Under the pieces are notes generated by a model. That model made no database searches, was not told the DNA's origin, and saw only the letters and a program-made list of their open reading frames with translations. The position numbers and the translations under genes are program-made. From the NCBI GenBank assembly GCA_963753975.1, contig CAVWEH010000002.1:684919-748918 (forward strand): 64,000 nt of DNA, given 5' to 3'. The stretch's first letter is position 1. The number at the start of each line of letters is the position of its first letter. Shown one piece after another: positions 20,778 through 31,135 of the stretch. This DNA comes from an uncultured delta proteobacterium. Its GTDB lineage: Bacteria; Desulfobacterota; Syntrophia; Syntrophales; Smithellaceae.

Positions 20778-23700
20778 ATGAACATTTCCACTCCTTTCAT
20801 TCACCGTCCTGTAGCGACGACCCTGATTACGCTGGGTATTGCTCTGGCCGGCCTGGTTGCGTTTAGCCTGCTGCCGGTGGCGTCACTGCCGCAGGTTGAC
20901 TTTCCCACCATATCCGTTTCAGCATCGCTTCCCGGAGCCAGCCCGGAAACAATGGCCGCCACGGTGGCCACGCCTCTGGAGCGGTCGCTGGGACGCATTG
21001 CCGGCATCACCGAGATGACCTCGACAAGTTCGCTGGGTTCGACCACGAATCACTCTGCAATTTGATCTGGACCGGGATATTGACGGGGCGGCGCGTGATG
21101 TGCAGGCGGCCATCAATGCAGCGCGCAGCCTTCTGCCTTCGGGATTACCCAGCAACCCGACTTATCGCAAAGTAAACCCGGCGGATGCCCCCATCCTCAT
21201 TTTAGCTCTGACCTCGGATACCATGACCCGCGGCCAGCTCTATGATGCGGCATCTACTATTCTGGCGCAGAAACTTTCTCAGATAAAAGGTGTCGGCCAG
21301 GTGAATGTCGGCGGCAGTTCGCTTCCGGCCGTGCGGGTGGAATTGAATCCGGCCTTGCTCAACCGCTACGGAATAAGTCCGGAACAGGTGCGCCTCTCTA
21401 TTGCCGCCTCCAATGCCAACCGTCCCAAAGGTTCCGTGGAAGCAGGCGATAAACACTGGCAGATATCATGCCAATGACCAGGCAAAAAAAGCAGCCGATT
21501 ATATTCCGCTGATTGTGTCTTATCGCAATGGCGCCGCTGTGCGTCTTTCGGATTTAGGCGAGGTGGTCGATTCGGTACAGGATTTGCGCAATGCCGGGTT
21601 ATTCAACGGCAAACCGTCCGTTTTGCTGATCATCATCCAAGCAGCCCGGCGCCAATGTCATCGAAACGGTCGATCGCGTCAAGGATATTTTACCGCAGTT
21701 GCAGGCCTCCATACCGGCGGCGATCAATTTACAGATTGCTTCGGATCGCACTCCGACCATCCGCGCCTCATTGAGCGAAGTCGAACGCACCTTATTGATC
21801 TCCATCGCGCTGGTGATTCTGGTTGTATTTTTGTTTTTGCGCAATATTTATTCCACACTTATTCCCAGCATTGCCGTGCCTGTTTCACTGATCGGCACCT
21901 TCGGCGTCATGTATCTGGCCGGTTATACGCTGGATAATCTTTCCCTGATGGCGCTCACCGTTGCCACCGGTTTTGTCGTTGATGACGCTATTGTTGTTCT
22001 GGAAAATATCTCCCGCCATATCGAGGCGGGGCTGACTCCTTTTCAGGCGGCGCTGCTTGGGAGCAAAAGAAGTAGGCTTTACCGTGCTTTCGATGAGCCT
22101 CTCCCTGATTGCCGTATTTATTCCTATTTTATTGATGGGAGGAGTTGTAGGCAGGCTTTTCCGCGAGTTTGCCGTGACGCTTTCCGCGGCCATTATAGTT
22201 TCTCTTCTTGTATCTCTGACCACGACGCCGATGATGTGTGCCCGTCTGTTGCGATCGAAAGAAGAACTGAAAACAGGCTGGTTCTATCGAAAAAGTGAGC
22301 AGATATTTGAGGCGGTTCTCGGCTTTTACCGGCGATCACTGAGTTGGGCTCTGCGGCATGGCCGGCTCATGATGTCGATACTGTTTGTTGTTATCTGCCT
22401 GAATGTTTTTCTTTATATCATCATTCCCAAGGGATTCTTTCCTCAGCAGGATACCGGAGCGCTTGTCGGCACAATTCAGGCTGACCAGAATATTTCTTTT
22501 CAGGCCATGCAACGCAAGCTGATCAGCATCATGGATATCATTCGTTCCGATCCGGCTGTTGAACAGCATATGCCGGTTTTACCGGAGGCGGGCAGACGCA
22601 ATTCCGGTTTCATGTATATTTCTCTGAAGCCGATTCGCGAGCGCAAGGTTTCCTCCGATCAGGTCATGGCCAGGCTGCGCCCCAAGCTGGCGCGCGAAGC
22701 GGGGGCAAGACTTTTTCTGCAATCGGTGCAGGATATCCGCGTCGGCGGCCGGGCGGCCGGAGCCACCTATCAATACACTTTGCAGGCCGAAGATCTTACC
22801 GAATTACGGTTATGGGAAAAACGCCTCAAGGATGCTTTCAACGAACTTCCCGAATTGACGGATGTAAATACGGATGAGCAGGATAGAGGATTGCAGACTT
22901 CCGTTACTTTTGACCGCGACACGGCCTCGCGTATGGGAATCACTCCGGCGCTTATCGATGCGACATTAAATGATTACTTCGGCCAGCGTCAGGTATCCAC
23001 TATTTACAATCCTCTTAATCAATACCGTGTCATCATGGAAGCTTCGCCTCCCAACTGGCAAAGTCCGGAATCCCTCAAAGATGTATACGTGATTATTCCC
23101 GCCAATGCGCAACTTCCGAATGGAGCGCAGGTGCCCCTTTTGTCCTTTGCCAACTATGGCTTGACCAATACACCGCTTGCCGTCAACCATCAGGGACAAT
23201 TTGCCGCATCCACGATTTCTTTTAATCTTCCCCTGGGAGTGTCGCTTTCTCAGGCAACAGTGGCGATTCAGAAAACAATGGATCGTCTCGGCGTTCCCGG
23301 TTCCATCCGGGGAAGCTTTCAGGGAACGGCCCGAACATTTCAGGAATCATTACAAAGCCAGCCCTGGTTAATTCTGGCGGCACTCATTGCCATATACATT
23401 GTGCTGGGCATTCTCTATGAAAGTTATGTGCATCCGGTCACGATTCTATCCACACTGCCCTCCGCCGGTGTCGGGGCGTTGCTGGCCTTAATGTTATTCA
23501 ATACGGAGTTCAGCATCATGGCTTTGATCGGTGTTATTCTGCTCATCGGCATCGTCAAGAAAAATGCCATTTTGATGATTGACTTTGCTCTGGATAAGGA
23601 ACGAAAAGAAGGGAAAAGCCCTGAAGAATCAATATTTGAAGCCTGCCTGATGCGTTTCCGGCCGATCATGATGACGACGATGGCGGCGATTTTCGGCGCC

Positions 23701-23910
23701 ATGCCTTTGATTTTGCTCACCGGAGAAGGTTCCGAATTACGCAGGCCTTTGGGAATTTCTATTGTGGGCGGTCTGATTGTCAGCCAGATTCTGACACTCT
23801 ATACAACGCCTGTCGTTTATTTATACCTTGATCGTTTCCGGTTGTTTTGTTTAAGGATATTACGACGGAAAAGTGACCGGTTGCCTAAGCCGGCGTTGGA
23901 GAAAACTTAA
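20778..23910 (+). pseudogene. mdtC: RND inner-membrane pump (MdtC-like), about 6 frameshifts
   Basis: About 1044 codons. Breaks near 21050, 21460, 21640 and 22060, plus a compensating pair near 22570/22598 (AGFTGGGQT is readable only in another frame). N-terminus [16 protein letters not shown]. Confidence 0.8.
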
Positions 23911-23921
23911 AAAGGATTATT

Positions 23922-25349
23922 ATGAAAAAAATATCAATATTTAAAATGCTTCTTGTTATTTTATTGATGATGTCCGGCTGTTCTGTCGGGCCGGATTATA
24001 AACGTCCCGATGCGCCGGTACCATCATCTTTCAAGGAACTGAAAGGCTGGCGTGAAGCCCTGCCCCGCGATCAGGAAATTAGAACAAACTGGTGGGAAGC
24101 CTTCGATGATCCCATCCTTAACTCGCTTGCCGAGCAGGTTAATGTATCGAACCAGTCGATAGCGCTTGCGGAATCTCAATATCGTCAGGCCCAGGCGCTG
24201 GTGCAACTGGCGCGGGCCAGTTACTTCCCTACTGTCAATGCGGGGGCAGCCTATACCCGCTCGCTGCCAGCCGGGGATGGGGAACCTATAATCCGGTAAA
24301 CCAGCATCAGGTTTCTCTCAATGCCTCCTGGGAAGTGGATTTGTGGGGAAAAGTGCGACGGCAGGTGGAATCAAGTACGGCAACTGCCGAAGCATCTTTT
24401 GCCGATTTACAGGCTATGCGTTTATCGATGCAAGCGGAACTCGCCCTGAATTATTTTCAGCTGCGGACTCTTGGATGCCCAAAAGAAAAATCTTGAGGAA
24501 GCTGTTGCAGCTTACGGAAAAGCTCTGGAGCTTACGCAAAACCGCTATAATGCCGGTGTCGCGGCCAAGGCTGATGTTGCCGCAGCCCAAACCCAACTTA
24601 AATCCACTCAAGCTCAGGCTATCGATGTCGGCGTGCAGCGGGCACAACTGGAGCATGCCATCGCCATCTTAATCGGCAAGCCGCCGGCCGATTTTTCTCT
24701 GCCGCCTGTGACATTTGCTGCGCCGCAAATCAAAATTCCTGTGGCGCATTCCTTCCGATCTGCTGGAACGCAGGCCGGATATTGCCTCGGCGGAGCGCAA
24801 GATGGCTGCGGCCAATGCCCAGATCGGAGTCGCCAAAGCGGCATATTATCCATCCATTACTCTTTCCGGGTCATTGGGATACGCAAAGCGCTGAACTGGC
24901 CAACCTGTTTACATCACCAAGCTTTTTCTGGGCTTTAGGACCGATGGCTCTGGCCGACAACTTTATTTGACGGCGGGGCGCGCAAAGCACAGACTGAGCA
25001 GGCAATGGCCGCATATGATGGAACAGTAGCCTTTTACCGGCAAACCGTACTTACGGGATTTCAGGATGTTGAAGACAATCTGGCCGCCCTGCGCATACTT
25101 GATGAGGAAGCGCAAATGCAGGAACAGGCCGTAAATTCCGCTCACGAATCGGTCACTCTGACAACCAACCAGTATAAGGCCGGAATTGTCAGTTACCTGA
25201 ATGTAGTTACCGCCCAAACTATTGCCCTGACCAATGAAAGAACGGCCATTAGCATCAGCGGTCAGCGCCTGAATGCAGGCGTCCTGCTCGTCAAAGCTCT
25301 TGGCGGCGGATGGAACGCGGCAGAAGCTCATGGTGCCGACCAAAAATAA
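23922..25349 (+). pseudogene. NodT/OprM-family outer-membrane efflux lipoprotein, about 5 frameshifts
   Basis: Lipobox LMMSGC. Stitched pieces include [68 protein letters not shown] and FDGGARKAQ...ALGGGW. Breaks near 24295, 24470, 24745, 24890 and 24965. Confidence 0.75.
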
Positions 25350-25450
25350 AACTTCTGAAATCTGGTGGCGCCTGGAAATATGAATAACAAGAAATAGGAT
25401 TTATGTATTATAAGTCTTTTCCCCAATCATCATGATGACCAATAAAAAAA

Positions 25451-26032
25451 ATGCATGGTCTTCTTTTAACTATAACAAAATATTCTTACATGGGAATATT
25501 TACCGCTCTCGGCCTGGGTATATTGGGAATACCTATTCCCGATGAAACCTTAACAGCTTTTGCTGGATTCTTAGCTTTTCAGGGTAAATTGAATTTCTTT
25601 TTTATTCTGGCTGTAGCTTTTGCTGGAACATCATGCGGCATCACGATTAGTTACTTCCTCGGAAGATATTGCACAAATTTTATTTCAAGAAAATATCCGG
25701 ATAAATTTCCGGTCAATTCCAACCACTTGCTGGAGGTAAAAAAATTCTATTTAAGATTTGGGAAATATGCCCTGTTGCTGGGCTATTTCATCCCGGGCGT
25801 ACGACATCTTACCGCAATTTTCGCCGGAACAACCTTCCTACCCTATAGGCAATTTGCTCTTTTTGCGTACGTGGGTGCCTTTTTATGGACGGTGACATTT
25901 TTGCTTCTTGGATATTTTTTAGGTCACGAATGGTATCTTGTCGTTCATTTTTCGAACCGCATTTTCATACCTTTAATACTCTTGTCGGTTTTGATTTTCT
26001 TTTTAATCGCGTATCTGAAAGAAAAAACATAA
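25451..26032 (+). CDS. DedA-family membrane protein
   Basis: 193 aa. DedA/SNARE-associated motifs (PIPDETLTAFAGFLA, GYFIPGVRHLTAIFAG). Confidence 0.85.
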   Translation: MHGLLLTITKYSYMGIFTALGLGILGIPIPDETLTAFAGFLAFQGKLNFFFILAVAFAGTSCGITISYFLGRYCTNFISRKYPDKFPVNSNHLLEVKKFYLRFGKYALLLGYFIPGVRHLTAIFAGTTFLPYRQFALFAYVGAFLWTVTFLLLGYFLGHEWYLVVHFSNRIFIPLILLSVLIFFLIAYLKEKT

Positions 26033-26050
26033 AGGATTACGAACCAAAGA

Positions 26051-27301
26051 ATGGATTCAAATGTTGGCGGAATAATTTTTGATAACCTTAAGAATTTTAA
26101 ATTCATATTCCGCACTTTACGATACCGGAATTATCGTCTTTTTTTCATCGGCCAATTCATTTCTCTCATCGGCACGTGGATGCAGCAAATTGCTGTAAGC
26201 TGGTTAGTTTATAAAATGACGCACTCCGTGTTCCTTTTAGGGTTGGTCGGTTTCGTCAGCCAATTTCCGATATTTGCTATTTCTCCTTTTGCCGGTGTTT
26301 GGTCCGATCGCTTCAACCGGCATCGGATGCTTATTATGACTCAAACATTATCTATGATCCAGGCAATGGCCCTAGCGATCCTTGTCTTATCCGGCGTCAT
26401 TTCCGTGTGGCAAATAATCTTCTTGAGCTTGTTCATCGGTTGTGTAAACGCGATAGATATGCCCACCAGACAATCATTTGTCATCCACATGGTTGATGAG
26501 CGCAGGGATCTGAGTAATGCCATTGCCCTAAACTCCGCCATGTTTAACGCAAGCAGGCTTTTGGGACCATTCATCGCCGGCGTTTTGATTGCAATCGTCG
26601 GTGAAGGAATTTGTTTTCTCATCAACGGTTTAAGTTATATTGCTGTAATTTTGGCTCTATTAGCCATGAATGTCAGCAATATGCAATTTGGATTTAAGAA
26701 ATCCAGTGTTATCGAAGAGCTAAAAGATGGGTTTACTTATGCCTTTGGTGATCCAAAAATAAAATCTATCCTAATGCTTGTCGCCCTTACCAGTATAATG
26801 GGAGTCCCTTTTATCGTCCTCATGCCCGCTTTCGCTAAAGACATATTACACGGGGGACCTCATACACTGGGATTTTTAATGTCCGCACTGGGTGGAGGAG
26901 CATTGATGGGAGCTTTTTATCTTGCTGCACGAACTGATATGAAAGGTCTCCGAAAAATAATAAATCTGGCTGCCCTGCTGTTCGGCATTGGTCTCATCGG
27001 ATTTTCTTTATCAAAAAATTTATGGATTTCCCTATTAATGATACTCATTGCCGGTTTCGGCATGATGGTGCAGGTTGCTTCCAGTAACACCTGGTTACAA
27101 ACAAATGTAGACGATGATAAACGCGGCCGGATGATGAGCTTTTACGTTGTCTCTTTTACGGGCATGGCACCTTTTGGCTCTTTGCTGGCAGGAAGCATGG
27201 CTGGCGCTATAGGAGTCTCCAATACAATTTTTATCGGTGGAGTCGTCTGCATTCTTGGCGCTATTTTTTTCCTGAAATTGTTTCATCGCTCCGAATATTA
27301 A
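26051..27301 (+). CDS. MFS transporter (MFS_3/EntS-like subfamily)
   Basis: 416 aa, 12 predicted TM segments. N-terminus FRTLRYRNYRLFFIGQFISLIGTWMQQIAVSWLV is typical of this subfamily. Confidence 0.85.
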   Translation: MDSNVGGIIFDNLKNFKFIFRTLRYRNYRLFFIGQFISLIGTWMQQIAVSWLVYKMTHSVFLLGLVGFVSQFPIFAISPFAGVWSDRFNRHRMLIMTQTLSMIQAMALAILVLSGVISVWQIIFLSLFIGCVNAIDMPTRQSFVIHMVDERRDLSNAIALNSAMFNASRLLGPFIAGVLIAIVGEGICFLINGLSYIAVILALLAMNVSNMQFGFKKSSVIEELKDGFTYAFGDPKIKSILMLVALTSIMGVPFIVLMPAFAKDILHGGPHTLGFLMSALGGGALMGAFYLAARTDMKGLRKIINLAALLFGIGLIGFSLSKNLWISLLMILIAGFGMMVQVASSNTWLQTNVDDDKRGRMMSFYVVSFTGMAPFGSLLAGSMAGAIGVSNTIFIGGVVCILGAIFFLKLFHRSEY

Positions 27302-27444
27302 ATAAATCGTTATTTTTCTACAAATTGTTTATTTGTGTATTTTGTAAAAAAAGCTTCGCAATAGATTAGCGTAGAACAAAGAAAGACATTAATATAAAAA
27401 ATTTATGTGAACAAACATCACCTTAAAAGTGTAATATAATTATG

Positions 27445-27473
27445 TTGACCTTACACCGGATTTTAGGTATTAA
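27445..27473 (+). promoter_or_regulatory. Candidate sigma70 promoter
   Basis: TTGACC, 17 nt, TATTAA. Lies in the 290-bp AT-rich region upstream of the biotinyl-domain gene. Confidence 0.4.
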
Positions 27474-27500
27474 TTTAGACCTGATATACATATGAGAATA

Positions 27501-27529
27501 TTGACATGTTCTTTAAAGAATTTTAAATT
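27501..27529 (+). promoter_or_regulatory. Second candidate sigma70 promoter
   Basis: TTGACA, 17 nt, TAAATT. About 65 nt upstream of the ATG at 27595. Confidence 0.4.
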
Positions 27530-27594
27530 GCTTTTTAAATACATTTTTAATAGTGCAATATTTATAAGCAGTCAAAAAGGAGAAATATAAAATA

Positions 27595-27810
27595 ATGAGC
27601 ACGGAAATAAAGGCACCCATGACCGGGAAAATCGCCAGCATCGTTGTTCACGTGGGTGATCAAGTCAATGTAGATGACGAAGTCGTCATCATGGATGCCA
27701 TGAAAATGGAAATACCCGTCTATGCGCCTGTTCAGGGAACAGTCAAGGAAATAAAAATCAAAGAAGGCGATTCTGTAAAAACAGATCAAGTTCTAATGAT
27801 CATTGGTTAA
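27595..27810 (+). CDS. Standalone 71-aa biotinyl/lipoyl-attachment domain protein (BCCP-like)
   Basis: Biotinylation motif MDAMKMEIPV. RBS AAAGGAG. No carboxylase or decarboxylase subunit is adjacent. Confidence 0.8.
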   Translation: MSTEIKAPMTGKIASIVVHVGDQVNVDDEVVIMDAMKMEIPVYAPVQGTVKEIKIKEGDSVKTDQVLMIIG

Positions 27811-27819
27811 AATAGACAC

Positions 27820-28500
27820 CTATTTGGCGGAAGCTTTTTTAGTAGGCAAGGTGTCAGCCCATTCACTCACGGTTAAAACATCCGCCTGACGGGGAAACAC
27901 CTTTTCAACCAACACGCGATGTACTTCCGGATCAGCATCTAAACACGCATCGGAAAGAACGACAAGTCCGTAATCCTTATCCGCAGCTTCCCGCAGAGTT
28001 GAAAGGACAACGCCGCTTGTTGCAATACCAGTTAGAATCAGCTTGTCGATCCCACGGGAGCGGAGAAGAACCTCGAGATCACTACCGGCAAACGCGCTCA
28101 CGCGTAATTTCGTCACGACAGGTTCGTCCGGAAGCGGCGCTACCGAAGAATGAATTTGTGTCGAAACATCGGAAATGGTCATGCCTCCCAGTTTTGAGAC
28201 GGCTGAAAACGTTTTGTTCTTTGCGCTTAATTCCGGATAGCCGTCACGGAATGCGACACGAACAAAAATAACCGGAATTCCCGCATGACGGGCAGCGCTC
28301 ACGGCATGTTGAAATGGAATCATGACTTCTGGTTTTTCAGCAAAATGCTGAACAATTCCGTTTTGAACGTCCATCACTAAGAGCGCTGAGTGATTCGCTT
28401 GCATCATATCAGCATTCTTTACTGTAATGACAGGATTGGCCATACAAGAGGTAAGAAGTAACAGGCAGATAAATCCCAAAATCTTCTTAGTGCTTTTCAT
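27820..28500 (-). CDS. Isochorismatase-family cysteine hydrolase, predicted lipoprotein
   Basis: Lipobox LLLTSC. ALLVMDVQNG ... LILTGIATSGVVLST ... SDAC (catalytic Cys context). Confidence 0.85.
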   Translation of the reverse strand: MKSTKKILGFICLLLLTSCMANPVITVKNADMMQANHSALLVMDVQNGIVQHFAEKPEVMIPFQHAVSAARHAGIPVIFVRVAFRDGYPELSAKNKTFSAVSKLGGMTISDVSTQIHSSVAPLPDEPVVTKLRVSAFAGSDLEVLLRSRGIDKLILTGIATSGVVLSTLREAADKDYGLVVLSDACLDADPEVHRVLVEKVFPRQADVLTVSEWADTLPTKKASAK

Positions 28501-28519
28501 AATTGCCTCCGTAAAAACA

Positions 28520-28550
28520 AAACCCCGATCTTTTTTTAGAAACGGGGTTT
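28520..28550 (-). terminator. Hairpin plus U-tract just upstream of the isochorismatase RBS
   Basis: Minus-strand AAACCCCG-N15-CGGGGTTT followed by TGTTTTT. Could terminate the upstream gene or act as a leader structure. Confidence 0.45.
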
Positions 28551-28832
28551 CGGTAATCAGTTCATGCTTCCCTCGTGTAAGGTTGAATGGTTCAGTAAAT
28601 TTATTCTCCGACTTTACATAGTTTTTAAATTATCACTATTCACATTAGAAATCTACTCTGAAAAAAATCAAGGAAATACTTCTTACAAGGAAGAAGTTGA
28701 TTGTTTGTTTCGCCTACAAGTCAGCAATTATGGTGATTAAAATATTTTGAGGATTTGCATTTGAATGTTTGATCAATATACGGATCGGTGAGAACTAGTT
28801 TATCTACGCTTCGTTGCACCTCTTGGTTGGGC

Positions 28833-29408
28833 TCAGTTTTCGTTCCCTAGAACCGCTCGTTCTGCGCTGATCCACAAAGACGTGTCTTCCTGCGCCAGAA
28901 TCTTAATTATTAGGCTTCTCACGTCTTTCATGCTCTTCCTGTTTGTCAATGTTTTTGCCAGTTGCCACTGTCGGGATGCCTCCTGATGAGCGCCAATTAC
29001 CTCAAGGGAGATGGCTAGTTTTCCTCTATCGATCCCTTCAGCAATGAGTTTCGCTTTTGTCAAGTCCCCGTAAGAAGATGCTAATTCTTTCAAAGCCAAC
29101 ACTTGGAATGGAAAAAAGAATGACGAATCAATATCCTTTGTATGTCCATCATTTTGAAATATCCTGAATCCATCATTGGCTTCTGCATCGACCACGTTCC
29201 ATCTGTGGAATGCTGCCCTTATAATATCATTGTGGCGTGCTGCCCGTCCTGCAAGGAACTCTTGTTCCGTTTTTAGATCAATTCGTATAATCTCTTTATA
29301 AGTTGGACGCACATACATATGTAAAAGATTCATGAGGAGTGCTCCTATAGCCACGCCACCGATGAATATGCCACCCATCTTGAGTACTTTAATCGTGAGT
29401 TGTTTCAT
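28833..29408 (-). CDS. Hypothetical N-terminally membrane-anchored protein
   Basis: 191-aa ORF with one TM segment (GGIFIGGVAIGALLMNLL). No recognisable family. Slightly higher GC than its neighbours. Confidence 0.5.
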   Translation of the reverse strand: MKQLTIKVLKMGGIFIGGVAIGALLMNLLHMYVRPTYKEIIRIDLKTEQEFLAGRAARHNDIIRAAFHRWNVVDAEANDGFRIFQNDGHTKDIDSSFFFPFQVLALKELASSYGDLTKAKLIAEGIDRGKLAISLEVIGAHQEASRQWQLAKTLTNRKSMKDVRSLIIKILAQEDTSLWISAERAVLGNEN

Positions 29409-29681
29409 AATTCATTTTAGCCCCAACAATGTTTATATGTATCTTTAAAAACCTAGACGCCGTATATTTGCTGTATATCAATACGAACTATAAAATTGTC
29501 GGTCTTGTATGTCAAATAAATATTGATTACTAATTGAAAGGAAGTATGTAAGCCAAAATTGCTGGATGCTTTGTTTCAGGAAGAAGTAGAGCCTACGAAG
29601 CTGCATCTTTTGATTAGAGCGATAATGAATTTTCAAGGGCAGATTAACAAATCCAAGGGATAAGTGGCCGGAACAAGTACT

Positions 29682-30014
29682 CTATATTCCCAAATTAGAG
29701 AGCGTTGTGCAGAAGGTATTGATAATCCCCACTAGCCTCGGATGAGATATTTCGAAGCCCTGAACCGATGAGGCCAAACCTTCAATCGACAAATTGAGGA
29801 GCGTCGGATTCTTTTCGCTTCGTGTGGCTTCGCGGGCTGATAATTCGGCAAATCCTACGATGCTTTCCGCATGCTCATAATGAGTTTTGGAAAGGTCGGC
29901 AATTTCTGTCCTCAAGGTCATCAACAGGATCAATAACTCAGCTTTGTCACTCTCTTTGACCGCTGCGCTCTGCTTCAGCCTCTCTTCAATCTTGTCAAGA
30001 TGATCCTGAATCAT
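29682..30014 (-). CDS. Small helical protein, DUF4404-like
   Basis: 110 aa. The C-terminal HPRLVGIINTFCTTLSNLGI and the overall pattern resemble DUF4404. This is from memory and unverified. Confidence 0.5.
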   Translation of the reverse strand: MIQDHLDKIEERLKQSAAVKESDKAELLILLMTLRTEIADLSKTHYEHAESIVGFAELSAREATRSEKNPTLLNLSIEGLASSVQGFEISHPRLVGIINTFCTTLSNLGI

Positions 30015-30380
30015 TTCCGTCCACCATTATTCGCCTTCATTCCAAATGTTCCCCGAACCTCTCTGCCACATGGTTAAAAGCATACGATGGGTGGTTTTGC
30101 ATGTCAATGAAAAACTAACCGCAAAATATAAGGTGTGATGCCGGTGTTTATCTTCGGGTGTGAATTGTGTTTATTACCAATTGAAGTCCTGTATTTTAAT
30201 CGAGGCTGACGATTTGCTACTTTCAGAAAGAACTGTTTGCTGAAAACATCTGCTTATCCACGCCCCCGATTCCATCAAAAGGTTATTCATTATTTATTGT
30301 ATGCAATTATTTTGGCAATTATTTTGTCAAACATAATAAATAAATATAGCAGAAAGGGGAAAAACAAACCATAACCAGAC

Positions 30381-30416
30381 AAAAAAGGAAGGGACAGGTT
30401 TTTGCCTGTCCCTTCC
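30381..30416 (-). terminator. Rho-independent terminator of the K/A-rich gene
   Basis: Minus-strand GGAAGGGACAGG-loop-CCTGTCCCTTCC followed by TTTTTT. Confidence 0.65.
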
Positions 30417-30443
30417 TTCGGGCAAATAAAGTTCTTAATAAAC

Positions 30444-30659
30444 TTATTTTGCAGCTGGAGCTGCGGCAGGGGCTTCGGCGGCCTTTTCGGCTTTCTTCGC
30501 CTTCTTTACTTTCTTTACTTTCTTTACTTTCTTCACTGCTTTTTTCTCCGCCATTTTTGCGGGGGCGGCTGTTCCAGCGGCCATCGGTTTTTCAGCTGCC
30601 ATAGCTGTGGTGCAAAATGCGAAAACCAATGCAACAACAAACAATACTAAACGTTTCAT
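30444..30659 (-). CDS. 71-aa secreted Lys/Ala/Pro-rich polycationic protein
   Basis: Signal peptide MKRLVLFVVALVFAFCTTAMA. The mature part is AEKPMAAGTAAPAKMAEKKAVKKVKKVKKVKKAKKAEKAAEAPAAAPAAK. RBS AAGGAGG. Confidence 0.6.
   Translation of the reverse strand: MKRLVLFVVALVFAFCTTAMAAEKPMAAGTAAPAKMAEKKAVKKVKKVKKVKKAKKAEKAAEAPAAAPAAK
30495..30539 (-). repeat. 9-bp tandem repeat inside the K/A-rich CDS
   Basis: ctttacttt occurs 3 times perfectly (30504..30530) with degenerate flanking copies. It encodes (KKV)n. Confidence 0.8.
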
Positions 30660-30742
30660 CTTAAATCCTCCTTCTTAAATTATGTTTTATTTAATACCAC
30701 CCTTAAAAATTAAGGGACCTCAAATTAATCCGGATAAATACC

Positions 30743-31135
30743 TCAATACCCCGATTTGTTCGCCGACGTGGATTTCTCCCCGACCGGTTTAACTTCTTTT
30801 TTCTTCGAGTTGACTTTTGCCACTCTGGCAGCGACTAATTTACCGCCTTGATTAATATAGGCTATTTTTACAGTATCGTTTACAGTAATATTTTCAGTTG
30901 GGTTCTCCAAGGCAAATTGCATTACTTCTGCATTGCCTCGTACTGTGCGTTCAATCTTAAGTGAGCAATCCGATATGTCAATGACTTTTCCCCTTGCATT
31001 CATCTTTGCCGATTTAACGACATTTGTTTTTGCCGGATCAACTTTGGTTGCATCAGTTGCGGACTTGTCGGCAGCAAACGCCAGAGCTGACAAAAGAAAA
31101 GCAACGCTAACTATATACACTAAAGTTTTCTTCAT
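30743..31135 (-). CDS. Hypothetical secreted protein
   Basis: Signal peptide MKKTLVYIVSVAFLLSALAFA. No recognised family. The start is more likely at 31135 than at the track start 31153. Confidence 0.55.
   Translation of the reverse strand: MKKTLVYIVSVAFLLSALAFAADKSATDATKVDPAKTNVVKSAKMNARGKVIDISDCSLKIERTVRGNAEVMQFALENPTENITVNDTVKIAYINQGGKLVAARVAKVNSKKKEVKPVGEKSTSANKSGY

Noticed and set aside
30053-30068. Sigma54-like TGGCAG-N5-TTCGG upstream of the DUF4404-like gene.
   Set aside because: The -12 element lacks the GC dinucleotide at the correct position (TTCG instead of TTGC). This is too weak.
30495-30539. A short periodic repeat considered as a possible CRISPR or phase-variation tract.
   Set aside because: The unit is 9 bp with no spacers, and it lies in-frame inside a CDS. 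It is a coding tandem repeat. No CRISPR array is present anywhere in the window.
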